Of a stretch of DNA of 16,214 bases, positions 15,740 to 16,214 are shown one piece after another. The notes beneath the pieces are model-generated. The model was not told the origin of the DNA and searched no databases. It saw only the letters and a program-made list of their open reading frames with translations. The first letter of the stretch is position 1. Each line of letters begins with the position of its first letter. The DNA is from Candidatus Thorarchaeota archaeon. GTDB lineage: Archaea; Asgardarchaeota; Thorarchaeia; Thorarchaeales; Thorarchaeaceae. A program made the translations under genes and the position numbers. The DNA lies in contig PRDI01000036.1 in assembly GCA_003345595.1 (NCBI GenBank), forward strand, positions 1 to 16,214. Direction: 5' to 3'.

Positions 15740-16214
15740 CTACCCACTCTCAGTCCGTTTCTCGAGCAACGCTCTCAGTTCCTGCAAATCAGGTCCAATG
15801 ACATGAGGGCCGGGTGTCAATCGGTCTGCTGTGCCCAGATCCTTGAAACCTGAACCGGTGATGGGCACAACAATCCTGTCAGACCTATCAATCAGTCCCT
15901 CTTCAAGGAGAGGTTGTAGTCCTGCTAACGCTGCGACGCCGCTGGGTTCGGCGAACACTCCCTCCGTTCTTGCCAGCATCACAAGACAATCTTCTATGGA
16001 CCTGTCAGACACTTCCACTGCTATCCCCTTTGCGAGTTTCAAGTATCGGAGCGCAGCATCTCCATCCCAGGGATATGGATCGGCGAGGCCGCCTGCGACA
16101 GTGTCGTTGGAGTCCCAAGGTCTGATATGCAAGGGATCGCTGTCTTCACGAAATGCTCTGACTATAGGCGCACATCCTTCAGGCTGAACGACCACAGGCT
16201 TCGGCAGGTCGTCT
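15740..16214 (-). CDS. thrC: Threonine synthase (PLP-dependent, fold type II), C-terminal part; 5' end beyond the window
   Basis: LPKPVVVQPEGCAPIVRAF, TVAGGL, VSDRSI, LARTEGVFAEPSGVAALAGL, VVPITGSGFKD; frame open to the window edge. Confidence 0.85.
   Translation of the reverse strand, partial: DDLPKPVVVQPEGCAPIVRAFREDSDPLHIRPWDSNDTVAGGLADPYPWDGDAALRYLKLAKGIAVEVSDRSIEDCLVMLARTEGVFAEPSGVAALAGLQPLLEEGLIDRSDRIVVPITGSGFKDLGTADRLTPGPHVIGPDLQELRALLEKRTESG

Noticed and set aside
1-16214. CRISPR array, transposase, integrase or att-site duplication at the tRNA
   Set aside because: No regularly spaced repeats, no recombinase motifs and no duplicate of the tRNA 3' end were seen.

Overview
Archaeal housekeeping region, with no mobile element or CRISPR array seen. 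The gene set (L38e, NusA2, Alba, PAC2, Nip7, TACK/Asgard-type L40e) points to TACK or Asgard archaea; Thorarchaeia is a guess, not shown. It is dominated by RNA maturation and translation genes: pus10 (partial), geranylgeranyl reductase, pth2-truD, nusA2, alba, a beta-CASP RNase, rpl38e, rpl40e (missed by the ORF track), sucCD, a Hel308-like protein, a tandem PRC-barrel protein, a PAC2 chaperone, nip7, a Nop2/NSUN m5C methyltransferase and thrC (partial). Two things stand out. (1) The apparently empty stretch 7059-7199 (minus strand) is a tRNA-Val(CAC) gene split by two non-canonical bulge-helix-bulge (BHB) introns, in the variable loop (44/45) and T-loop (59/60). (2) The 756-aa Hel308/Ski2-like ORF has lost Walker A and Walker B and carries a SWIM zinc finger inserted in its winged-helix region, making it a probable pseudo-helicase of unknown function. 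All family assignments are from motif recognition by eye; no searches were run.
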